Below, in pieces: positions 53,773 to 64,000 of a DNA stretch of 64,000 bases. This DNA comes from Balanoglossus misakiensis. Taxonomy: Eukaryota; Animalia; Hemichordata. The notes beneath the pieces were generated by a model that was given only the letters and a program-made list of their open reading frames with translations, ran no database searches and had not been told where the DNA came from. Position 1 is the first letter of the stretch. Each line of letters starts with the position of its first letter. Both the position numbers and the translations under genes were made by a program. The stretch is taken from positions 10,301,200-10,365,199 of the forward strand of contig CM082593.2 of NCBI GenBank assembly GCA_040954595.2, read 5' to 3'.

Positions 53773-55204
53773 TATTCTATCTCATTTAATATGATGCTTC
53801 TGTCACATTTGGCATTTACTGTCGCATAAACAATGACCGAACCGACTCGACTGCGTTTGGATGCACGATGGACTTAAGAGTGAATCCATCGGTGTTTACC
53901 GGCCAAAACAAAACCGTTTGATTTCTTTAACACTGTTGCAACAAGTGAGACCCTAGTACATGTAGTATATAAATCAGAAGTCCGGTGCATGTTTGCCAGT
54001 GACACCTACCACAAAATGGCATCGCCCAAATAATGTTGGGCGCGCCCGTGGAAGTTATAAGCCCGGCGCTTTTTCCTCATGATTAATAAAACAGTTAACA
54101 CAACATTGGAAATTCAGCCAATTTGTCCCTGTTTTGTAGAAATAGTGCGAGCTATACATGGCGAAAAGTTTTTCAAAAAATAGATCAAAATGGGAATTCA
54201 AATTAGTGAATATTATTGGCACTTACAGAGTTTTAATTCAAAATAGAGGATTCATTCCAATGAATATGCAAGTCAAGAAGTCACATAGGGATCATGAAAA
54301 TGACCTATTGATCATGTCATGATGATTATGTACAAGAGAGAAGTAAAAAACTGGTTATTGCTTGAATTTCATGTTTCTTTTTAATCAGATGTAGTCAACA
54401 GTCTTTCAACAAGTCTATAACATGATTTTGAAATGATTTTCAAAAGTACACAATTCCATATGAAAATGTTACTTTAAGATTTGTAAATTTTTCTGTATAT
54501 TTGAGTTCACGTGCATAGGCTGACTCAAACATTCTTTGCATCAACATTTACCGTCCTTTCAAAAATCTTGCCTGTAGTCCAGGTTTTACATTTGCACTTA
54601 ATAGCATTATAACACCATCATGTCATCCACATGTTACCCTCACAGCCAGTCACTGTGTGTATATTGTGATTCATGAAGTACATGTAGTGCTACATATTTT
54701 TGTGGAGATGAGACACACACACACATAGCAACCGATAGACAGACTGCTTGATAATATGCTCTGACTGATCCCTAAAGCTGAAACTTGTATGTGTTTGTAC
54801 ATACAACACAAAGGAACTAAAAATAGGGCATTCACATAGGGACCATTGAAAGTTTTCTGAAACATCTCAACTCAAACATTGACATAAAAAATACTTTGTG
54901 AACAATTAAAGTCTTCCTGGAACGTTTCAGATTTGAGACGGTTTTGCCAGCCAGACCTGATCCGGTGTAATGATTAACACCTCTTCGCAACCCATTGTCT
55001 ATGGGGCCGAGCCTCGCAGTGCCTATACATAAACTTTGTGTGTGTGGACACAAACGACTCAAAGGATTAATGCTCTGTGTTTACCATAGGCAAATAGTGT
55101 CTCAAATTTTTCCCTGCCTGAACCTGGTATCTGAAATGTTTCTCATTTTACCCAGTGTAAACATGGTGAAAGACAAAATGTCCTATACCTGTATAACATA
55201 GATC

Positions 55205-55670
55205 ATAAATTTATAATACCAGGGTTTACTTGGTCTGATTGAAGCTCTGTAATTGGTTGAAGCAAGGGTTTTTATTACATATGTACCGTCGATTACTTGC
55301 ACCGAGCGCGCGCGTAACATCGGTATTTGCACTCAGTGCAATACCAAAAACATTATGCTATACCTGTATGCAAATGAGTGGCCTGTTCACGAAACAAGCA
55401 ATATCATTCCGCGGTCTCATTTCTTTCATTTTCGGTCTTTTTTTCAAAATGGGATGAACATATGTAATAAAAACAGAACCCCATGGCTCAATCGTGCAAG
55501 CACGGCGTACCGGTAGTATTTGCACTCGTGCTGGCGGTGTATTCTTGCTGCCCCCGCACGAGCGACAGCGAGTGCGGGGGACGGGCGCAAGAATACACCG
55601 CCAGACACTCGATGCAAATACTACCGTTACGCCGTGCTTGCACGATCGAGCCATGGGGTTCTGTCATAAC
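55205..55670. mobile_element. Non-coding repeat element with a 17-bp internal inverted repeat and a ~188-bp terminal hairpin (family unassigned)
   Basis: gtttttattacatatgt (55268-55284) pairs with acatatgtaataaaaac (55458-55474). The hairpin agaaccccatggctc...gagccatggggttct spans 55475-55662. Outer boundaries are approximate. Confidence 0.65.
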
Positions 55671-56391
55671 ATTCTCTACTAGAAGACCTGAACAGTAAAT
55701 AACTGAAATAAAATACACAAAAGAGAATGCATCTGAATAGAACACAATTTATTAACTTGGATTGGTCATGGGCATCAGGGCGCTCTACTTAAGAAATTCT
55801 AGAACATGTTTGTACAAGTGGCATTTTCATGAGCAGTGAGCAACGAGGCCTTTCTGGCATGTAATACTTAAAATCCAAACATCAGATTTTTTATCACACA
55901 AAATCATATTATATATAATGACATTATAAATGGTGTGCGCTTATATTTGGTTACGGATTTAAAACCTCTTTGAGGAAAATTTTGCAGAGAGGTCTTGTAT
56001 CTACAACCAAATAACCACTATGTTCATATCATTCAGATTGCTCAGTACTATCAGCGAGTTCACCAGTGGTTTCCAGAAATCTATAGGCTAAACATATGCC
56101 ATTTTCATTGTGCCTCCCCCATCTATTTCAATACAATAAATAATGGCTGGCTTGATTTTTCACCAGGACTTTTCAACAATAGTTTTTGTTAAGATATAGA
56201 CAACATTCCAGATGTGTATGAAAACTCGAGGAAAATAATAACATTTGACCTGTCATCAGTTGTGAATTAATTAAATATTTTCATAAACTACACATTATAA
56301 TCAAATTTAAACTCGTATGTAATGAATAATCGTCTCAACATAAGAGCTGCTAAGGCTAGACTCAACAGCACTATCAACACGAAAGAATTAC

Positions 56392-56862
56392 TATTTTCTT
56401 GCTGACGTATCTGGCGATTATTCTGATTTGATAGTGTGTCGTTTCTTCTTCTGGGTTGCTCATACCCTTGCTGGCTGACATTTCTTTGTCGTATGTTTGT
56501 CTCTGTGGTAGCATTGTCATTGGCATTTCTCTGGGGGTGTTTTCTGTGTTGGCAGTTGCAGGTTCTGGTGCTAGGGGAGTGTTGACATCTGCCTGGGGTC
56601 TTGCATCGGCTGGCGGTTGAACGGTGTTGTCGTTGTTCGATGCCGCATCTCTGTGTCGTGGCGGCTGTCCGGCTCCTGCAAACGCAGCGTACTGAGACAC
56701 GAATGGGTTCGGGTATGACATCTGCTGGAAGTGTTGCTGGTATGCTGCGGCTGGATAGGGTGGGGGTTGTTGGTTCGCAGAAGCTACAGGCTGGGGTGTG
56801 TTTGTGCTTGTGCTTGTTGTGGCAGTATCAGCAGAGGTTGCTATGCTTTTCTTTGTCTCTTC
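56392..56862 (-). CDS. Internal exon of an unidentified host gene; 157 codons, P/Q/A/T-rich linker with a PPPY motif
   Basis: Strong acceptor ctgtgttctttttatcctccacag|GAA and plausible donor ATA|gtaatt. The 471-bp frame is open (EETKKSIATS...QQPPPYPAAAYQQ...HYQIRIIARYVSKKI), in frame with ORF 56374-56721, and higher in GC than its flanks. Confidence 0.7.
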
Positions 56863-58139
56863 CTGTGGAGGATAAAAAGAACACAGTGTTTTTGCAAAGG
56901 TCGGGGAACACTGGTAATGGATTTGGGAACCCCGTTAATATTCCTATAACCTCCTAATATAACCACATTGATACACCCAGGGGAACCCCGGTAAAATGAC
57001 TGGGGAACTCTGGTAGACTGCCTGACCACTGTGACATTGGCCTTGTTCTGTTGTTTGAATTCGGAGTGACTGGGGTACTCCGGTAGATTTTATCTAGGTA
57101 CCGCCCTTAACAAAAACACTAGAACAGAATCACAATTTGGAAGGCATGAGAGGCAAATACCATTTAAGGATGTACACGCACAACATAAACTGATAAACAG
57201 TGCATGTGTGTCTGTTCCTGAAAGGATTACATCGATAATTGCCAGAAAACAAACTTCTACTATTGTCTTTTTCACGAAATTTTACACATAGCTCAGACAA
57301 GTAAACGTAAATTCATTGGTCAAAAAAAATTATGTGGTCACCAAGCTCTATTATGAGATAAATTGCGTTAAAATCTTCGCCCATAGACAAACCATTGGTG
57401 AAAAATGCTGAGACAGCAAATTTCTTCTATTATCAACTAAATTCATGGCTCTGTATTTTTTTTAAAAAGGGCAATGACCCCTACAATTTTTAACGGATTC
57501 TCATTATACATACACAGCATAATCCAAAAATCCACAATTAAAAGAATGACAATACTTTCAACGTGTATAATACCAGCATACACCTGTTTCAAGTCCAGTG
57601 TCCTAATACACCATCATCATGAATTGGAACTCAAAGCAAGGCCAATGAGCAAACCCAGATTGACAACTCATTACACCAGCAAAGTGGTTTCTTTATGGAA
57701 GTGGTGGTACCAATAAATACTTTATTCAAGGTAAGAATTTCTTATTGTAGCAGTATTTTCATTTCCATTCATGTTTTAAAGGCCTTTTTTGTAGATTCTG
57801 AGTTTCTATGCCAGACAAAGTATGATTATTTTTCCACTAATGCAGCCTGAATTAAAGTCAACATTTTTCACCATAGGTCTTTCTATGTTATTTTTCTATA
57901 GGCATGGACACATTTAAGTTTATCTCAAAACTGAGCACAGTGGTGAGCCTACAACTTATATGAATCACTCAATTTAATTTCATTTGGATGAGTTATGAGT
58001 GAAACTTCTTAAAATTACAATAGTAGAAAAGGGTTTTCTATCAATTCTTAATGTTATCCTATGGGAAGAAACACATTCCATGAGCTCATACATGTAGTGT
58101 GTGCCATTCTTAACCCTTTCAGTATTATATGAATCAGAT

Positions 58140-58277
58140 ATAGAAGCTTGTTCAACGTCCCGTTGCGGCCAAGCCAATCAGATTGCACGTTATGTCAATC
58201 AAAACTGAAGGATACCTAAAGTTCTCTATAAGGCACCGTCTGATTGGTTTACTAGAGTTTTCAACGGGAGCTTCTAT
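58140..58277. mobile_element. Small MITE-like foldback element with TAG..CTA ends
   Basis: atagaagct...tcccgttg...ccaatcaga / tctgattgg...caacgggagcttctat; no TSD identified. Confidence 0.55.
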
Positions 58278-58285
58278 GGGAGTTG

Positions 58286-58376
58286 GTCAGATGTAGTGTG
58301 AGGCGACAGTATAAGAATACCGTACTGCGAAGTAAAAGACGTCGCCGTACCTTACATCTGATTTTAATCAGATTGT
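58286..58376. mobile_element. Third copy of the aatctgattaaaatcagatgta MITE family, left end truncated
   Basis: aagtaaaagacgtcgccgtaccttacatctgattttaatcagatt closely matches 4674-4719 and the right arm of 4980-5090. Confidence 0.7.
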
Positions 58377-59197
58377 ATGCACACATAAGCTGGTTTAGAA
58401 TACTGATAAACCCTGATGAAACAATCTCAGTAAAATATATACAGATGAGAATGAGAATGCAGTTAAAGTTAAATATACATTCGTTGTATCTTTTGGCTTT
58501 ATTTCCAGTATTTTTGTTCTATGTAGCAAATGCGATTTCATGTTCTACTCCACACAGATTGTTACTTGTCAGCACAGAATGTATGTGTATAATGGCCATT
58601 GTCATTGTTGACAATAATTCATGGATTCTAGTCTGGACTTAAATTCCAATTTGGCACAATAACAATGCTGACCATACACATATATGTTTCATCATGTTTC
58701 GGGAATTTGCACAAGAAACTGCTAAACAAAGATACTGAAAACATAGGAAAAAGGTAAAGGTAATGGAGCTTTAATTACAATTCACACTGTATACAAAATC
58801 CATGTAAAAATTCAAAATACTGGATTTGTCAGCTTCAACTGATATGGGGGTCACACAAGAAATTGCTAAAACGTCTCAGATCAAATACTGGCATAAATTA
58901 TTATTGGTGAATGGTTTAAGTGGTCCTGAATCTTCTCAGATTTGAGACACGTCTCTTACCAGGTTCACACAGGGTAAAATTTGAGACACTATTAGTCTAT
59001 GGTAAACACAGAGCGTTAATACTTTGGGGGGGGGGGGGTTAGCTGGGCAGACCCGCCCTCCTTTATTTTTTGCCACCCTGCTATCTTACGCGCCGCCCTG
59101 CTTTCTTTTCATTCCCGCCTTGGTAAATATTTATTGTTTCTGGTGCACGCTCCCGCATGCGGCTGGCATTTGAGAGAATGATATTTATTCAGTTTAG

Positions 59198-60280
59198 GGA
59201 TGTTTTGTCGCCTTTGTACAAAACACAAGCAGAAGGCCAAGTGCGGAGGGACTTGGGTTACAACATCTCCATGTACATGTACCACCCTTCGCGAAGACAA
59301 ACTCAAGCAGCATGAAGAGACGATTATCGACCGGGCGGCAATGCAGCTTGAGGCCGAGGCAGCAGTTATCGAGAACAGCAGCGGTCTTGTGGCTGCATTT
59401 GACAAGGTCATCACCTTTGAGACGCAAGCCTTCATGCATCGGCGTCCTACGATGCATGTATTTTCTCATGCACAGAGAATTGCCGCACACCACCAACTTC
59501 ATCCATGTTTTGGAATTGGCAAAGTCCCTCGGGTGTTCATTCCTCAGCAGTGATGACCACAACTATAATGGTTTATTGCATTGGTAAGTAGGTCTACTGA
59601 TTTTTGTGCAGATCTAAATTGTAGGCAATGTAGTAACATTTATTTAAACCTGGTTGTTTTCAAGAAAGGATCACTGTTTAAGCAATAGTGTTACACTCAA
59701 TAAATAATAATTACTGTACAAATTACTGTGAATTTTGATAAGTTTAATCTGAAGAGTAATTTTCATTTATTTCATTTTTCAGGCAAAGTCATCCGTGATG
59801 AGATTTTAGAGAAGATGAAAGGAAGTAACTTCTATTCACTGTTAATAGATGAAAACAACTGATGTGGCTGTATTGAAGCAATTAATCATCTATTCCAAGT
59901 ACACCTTGAAGTCTGGGAAGTCAGTTGTGTCTTTCCTTGGAGTTAAAGAAGTAAGTGGAAAGTTTTTCAATTTTTAAGTCTACACTGAATTAAAAACATA
60001 CGATTAAACATGTTTTTGAGTGACCTCATTTAATTGATTTTGCTGACTAGTTATTTCAGGTGAGACAAACATTGAGTTGTACATTGCATGTGTTAACATC
60101 AAGGTTTTATTTTCACTGTTTTAGGTTGGTGATGGCAGAGCAGACACCATTGCACAGTCAGTGAAGGAGTTTTCTTCAGAGAATGGTATTGTCTTAAGAG
60201 ATCGTCTGTCTGCTTTGGGCAGTGATGGTGCTCCTGTTATGCTAGGACAGAAAGGAGGGGTGGCTACCAAACTAAAAAAA
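59198..60280 (+). pseudogene. Intron-containing hAT transposase (ZNF862/C17orf113-like), three exons, frameshifted
   Basis: Exons 59198-59583, 59783-59950 and 60125-60280 with ag/gtaagt, ag/gtaagt and ag/gtgagt sites. They encode GMFCRLCTKH (TTF-type zinc finger start), MYFLMHRELPHTTNF..LELAKSLGC, FYSLLIDE(TT)DVAVLKQL (first catalytic D) and LGSDGAPVMLGQKGGVATKLK (second D). Frameshifts lie near 59435, 59555 and 59851. Confidence 0.88.
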
Positions 60281-61088
60281 GTGAGTGAAATTTTGAGTTG
60301 TGAAGACATTGTGATTTTGTAAGTTTTTAGTTGGTGTCTTTATATCGTGACAATAATAATAGTAATAATTAAAGCTGCAAGCAGCATTGAAGGGGCCCAA
60401 GCATAGAGATAATAACCATTAGACTCCATTCAGGGTTGTACCATTCAATTGCGTAGGCTGTATTTGCTCTGGATGTGGAGATATGGGAAAGTAGGCAACC
60501 ACCCGAAATGGATGTCCTACAAGTACAAACACAACAACCACAAGTGAACTTTTACGTTATGTAAGGACTTCAGTTAAGTACTTCAAAGGTCAGCTGAGGG
60601 TACCCAAAAATTGGGCCAAAAATTTGGATTCCTATTTGGTTCATATTCAAGACAACGGAAAATTCTCGCCCTTTGGGTTTTTTAAATTAGGTATGGCCAT
60701 AATAATGAGTTACGCAAGTAAGTTACAGGTGGCCCTAGGAATTTAGCATTTCATGACGGTCCTACCCTACCCCTCCAAACACGTGGCTATATATGATGTG
60801 CATGCTAACATATGGAAAGCAGGTCAATGGACACCTGAGGTCATTCAAAAATTTGACAGAAAAATTTCATTCCTGTTTATGTCTTGTGCAACAAATCCTA
60901 CATTTGCAGCCCTTTCACTTTGCCTAACATTAGGTATGCACGTAATACATGAATCAAGCAGGTGTCAAAGGTATCCCCCTGTATTTGGCATTTCATGATA
61001 GTTTCATCCCTCCAAATACCAAAGCTGCACCTGTACAACGGGATGAGATATGGCACTGTATGACAGAGGTCATCCAAATCACCTTATA

Positions 61089-62535
61089 CATCAATCAATC
61101 AATCAATCAGAGAAATTTGTATAGCGCCAGTATCTATAACAAGTGTCATACTCAAAGGCGCTTGTGCTCATTGGCCCACACCATATGCTCTTGCGAAATA
61201 ATGCGTCTTCAGTCTTTTCTTAAAGATACTCAAACTTGGAGCTTGACGAATGTTCCACAGTTTCGTTGCAGCATGAGAGAATGCTCGGCCACCGTATGAA
61301 GAACGTTTGTACATTGTAGTGCATAAAAGGCTCTTATTAGCTGAACGAAGCCTGCGACCAGGAGAATATGTCCGAATGAGATCGCGGATATAGTTCGGAG
61401 CGAGATTATTTAAGGCTTTGTATGTGAGCAGATTTATTTTATACTCTATCCTGTGGCGAACTGGTAACCAATGAAGAAGTTGAAGAACTGGCGTTATATG
61501 GGCAGACTTCCTGGACCGAGTTATGATTCTTGCAGCTGTATTTTGTGTGCGTTGTAGAAGGTTCAGACTGCGTTCTGGTATACCATACAGTAATGCATTA
61601 CCATAGTCGAGTTTCGCTGCCAAAATAGCATGAATCACTGTTTGACATGTTGCTTTGTTAAGAAATTTCCTGATTTGTCCGACACGGCGAAAGTGGTAAT
61701 ATATTGATTGACAAGTTTTCTTGATGTGATCTTTATACATGTGCGTATTGTCAAATATTACACCAATATTGCGAGCTGATTTAAAGGTCTAATGCCATGC
61801 CCTATACAACCACGCGTAAAATCACTATTTGGGTCTTGAAGTTAACGTATGTTACTATCTTGCAATGCGTTTTGCCCCTTGTGCTTAGATAACAAGCAAG
61901 TAAAAGTGGCGGGTGGGCGTGTACCCCTAACGCAACTCAGTCGAGTTTTTTCGGCTTTTCGAAGTTCAGTCGAAGGCTTATCTTGATGTGGACAAATAGT
62001 CTTTCACACCTTTGTAAATCCTCTGCCTGTAATGTAAGGCAAGGGCTTCCTTTGCTTTGAACACTGTTTATATAGCTTGTCTTTGTCTGTGGACTTAATT
62101 ACTCACGGACTGCTAATTACACTTTACTGTTAGCAGAATGGTACACTAGAACGTAGTGTACTTGTTTGTCCATATGCAAATACCTTCGCCTGGCTCGAGT
62201 GCGAAGTGGCTCCCTGATCACAGGCATGAAAAAAGGGGGCAAATTCCGGCATTCGCGCACATTTTTCGGAACCGACACAATAGGCAATGCATAGACAGGT
62301 ACCCTAGGTGAGCTTTTGACGTGGAAAAATGAAAACTTTCCAAAGCATGGCATTAGACCTTTAACGACGGGAACAGAGCTTGAACCAATGGTAATCTTGT
62401 CAATAGCATCAGCAGAGTGATGAAATTGTGAACGAATAAGTAGAATCTCAGTTTTTGGAGTCGTTGAGTTGAAGCTTGTTTTGGGTCATCCAGTCCTTAA
62501 GATCACGGATACAGGCCTCAATGGACATTTGGGCA
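61089..62535 (-). mobile_element. 5'-truncated LINE of the L2/CR1 group (ORF2 C-terminus and 3' tail), split by an insertion
   Basis: IEACIRDLKDWMTQNKLQLNDSK/TEILLI..., then after the insertion KSARNIGVIFD, LDYGNALLYG, HITPVLQLLHWLPV, GGRAFSHAATKLWN and FKKRLKTHYF. The 3' end reads gcgctatacaaat...(GATT)n, with the tail at 61089-61109. Confidence 0.9.
61785..62360. mobile_element. Non-autonomous TTAA-target element (Kolobok-like), 576 bp, inserted in the LINE
   Basis: TTAA at 61781-61784 and 62361-62364; perfect 16-bp TIRs aggtctaatgccatgc / gcatggcattagacct. Removing it restores the LINE frame (..VPVVKSARNIG..). Confidence 0.92.
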
Positions 62536-63229
62536 AAAACCAACTGACACTTACATTCGTCCCTGTGGAACAAAAACCACACCTATCGCCCTGTTGGTTA
62601 GTGTCTAATTAAATGTACAAAATCAATGACTTAGGCAGGTGCAACAGACGACCCCGCCTTTGGTATATCATTATGGTCCCATCCGTATATGCCCCCCCCC
62701 CTCCCAAGCCAAAGCTGCATGCATCTGCTGTGGATGCTCACTAAGCAAAAGTAGGTGAAAGGTCACATAAGGTCGCCCACAACTTGACGGGAAAATCGGA
62801 CTTCATATTGATCCATGTGCAACAAATAGCACGCCACCACCCCTTTCATTGACCCCACAATTACGCATGCACATAATTATTGAGTTATGCAGGTGTCACA
62901 GGTGACACCCGAATCGGGTGTATTATTTTAGTCCCATACAGCTGCATGTAGCTGCGTGCCGTTACGGGCGACCTGATAACCCACACGGCCACCTGCGGGC
63001 CGACCCCCATACTGAACGTCCAGTTGCAACATCACGACTGAAGTAGGAACTTTTGAACGGCAACGAAGCCTGATCTCTGATTATTGCTGGTACCATACTC
63101 CTGTCGTGCAAGAGAATCACTGGTCTGCTGACGTATTTCAGCCAATTTCCCAAACTACTATCCACTACATGTGACTACAATGCTAATGAAACCTCCCACA
63201 ACATTAGCGACTTAGGGTCAAAGTCCACT

Positions 63230-63849
63230 GTTTTAAATTTTTTCATCGGTTTTACTTTAAAGGATGCCCACAAATTGCAACAGTAAATATTACTACAATA
63301 TGCCAAAAATAAAACTTTCTTCACATCTTGACTAAAATGTTGAAAATGTCTCAATAGCATGTTTGCTCTAACACAAAATGCTCTTCTCTGTCGTTCAATA
63401 TCTTCATTATCACAACCCTCACAAGATATAACATGGCCCAGATAGGTGTGTACAGGTACAAACTTTAAAGTGATGTCATTAAGTTTAACCGAAGGAATTC
63501 TTTGAACGCTCATATTCTTCCCATTAAAAAGCATGCACACAGTTTTACTAGAATTATAAATTATATCATAATCATTGCCATAAATTTCACAAATTCTAAG
63601 AAGACGGTGTAGACCCTTAATACTTGGACTGAGTAGAGTCATGTCGTCAGCGTAACCTAAAGTGTTAGCGCTGACACCACACATGGTACAGCCAACTTTG
63701 GCTTTACAGAGTGCATTGATAAGATCATCAATGTAGACATTAAAAAGATAGGGAGAGAGTACTCCCCCTTGTCTTACACCGTTAGAAACAGAAAACAACT
63801 CTGAGGTTTCATTACCCCACAACACAGTAAACAATTGATTTCTGTACCA
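63230..63849 (-). mobile_element. Non-LTR retrotransposon RT fragment (RTE/RTEX-like)
   Basis: GVRQGGVLSPYLFNVYIDDL, GYADDMTLL, NSSKT, YLGHVI and ANMLLRHF...LFLAYCSNIYCCNLW. Similarity is lost after ~63230. The clade is inferred from motif style. Confidence 0.88.
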
Positions 63850-63853
63850 TTAA

Positions 63854-64000
63854 AGGTCACATGTCATGCTTTGGAAAGTTTTCATTTTTCCACGTCAAAA
63901 GCTCACCTAGGGTACCTGTCTATGCATTGCCTATTGTGTCGGTTCCGAAAAATGTGCACGAATGCCAGAATTTGCCACCTTTTTTCATGCCTGTGATCGG
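63854..64000. mobile_element. Second copy (opposite orientation, cut by the window end) of the 61785-62360 TTAA element, inserted in the RT
   Basis: TTAA at 63850-63853, then the reverse complement of ~62214-62360 with about 7 differences. Confidence 0.9.

Noticed and set aside
55358-55745. Mirror-image ORFs on both strands
   Set aside because: They are a by-product of the long DNA palindrome.
56601-57029. Plus-strand and alternative-frame ORFs overlapping the exon
   Set aside because: These are shadows of the minus-strand exon, with no splice or motif support.
62962-63229. Peptide VDSSLGNWLKYV resembling a PR/SET motif
   Set aside because: The match is too short, an in-frame stop is adjacent, and there are no other SET motifs or splice sites.

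Overview
AT-rich animal-like genomic DNA, most like a repeat-rich marine invertebrate (inference from spliceosomal introns and the transposon families present). About two thirds of the window (~8155-50596) is one satellite array of a 78-bp monomer plus a ~29-bp deleted variant. The array has nested higher-order duplications, including an apparently identical 9106-bp tandem duplication, and all its ORFs are translation artefacts. The left flank holds a decayed LTR retrotransposon pol with integrase upstream of RT (Gmr1-type order), a TAG..CTA element with a 9-bp TSD (AcademH-like) containing a nested TTAA Kolobok-like element, and several MITEs. The right flank holds an old ~170-bp tandem repeat, MITEs and a long hairpin, one clean 471-bp minus-strand host-gene exon, and an intron-containing hAT transposase pseudogene. 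It also holds an L2/CR1-group LINE 3' end and an RTE/RTEX-like RT fragment, each interrupted by the same TTAA element family. I found no intact gene set amounting to a convincingly new biological system; the best leads are structural and evolutionary.
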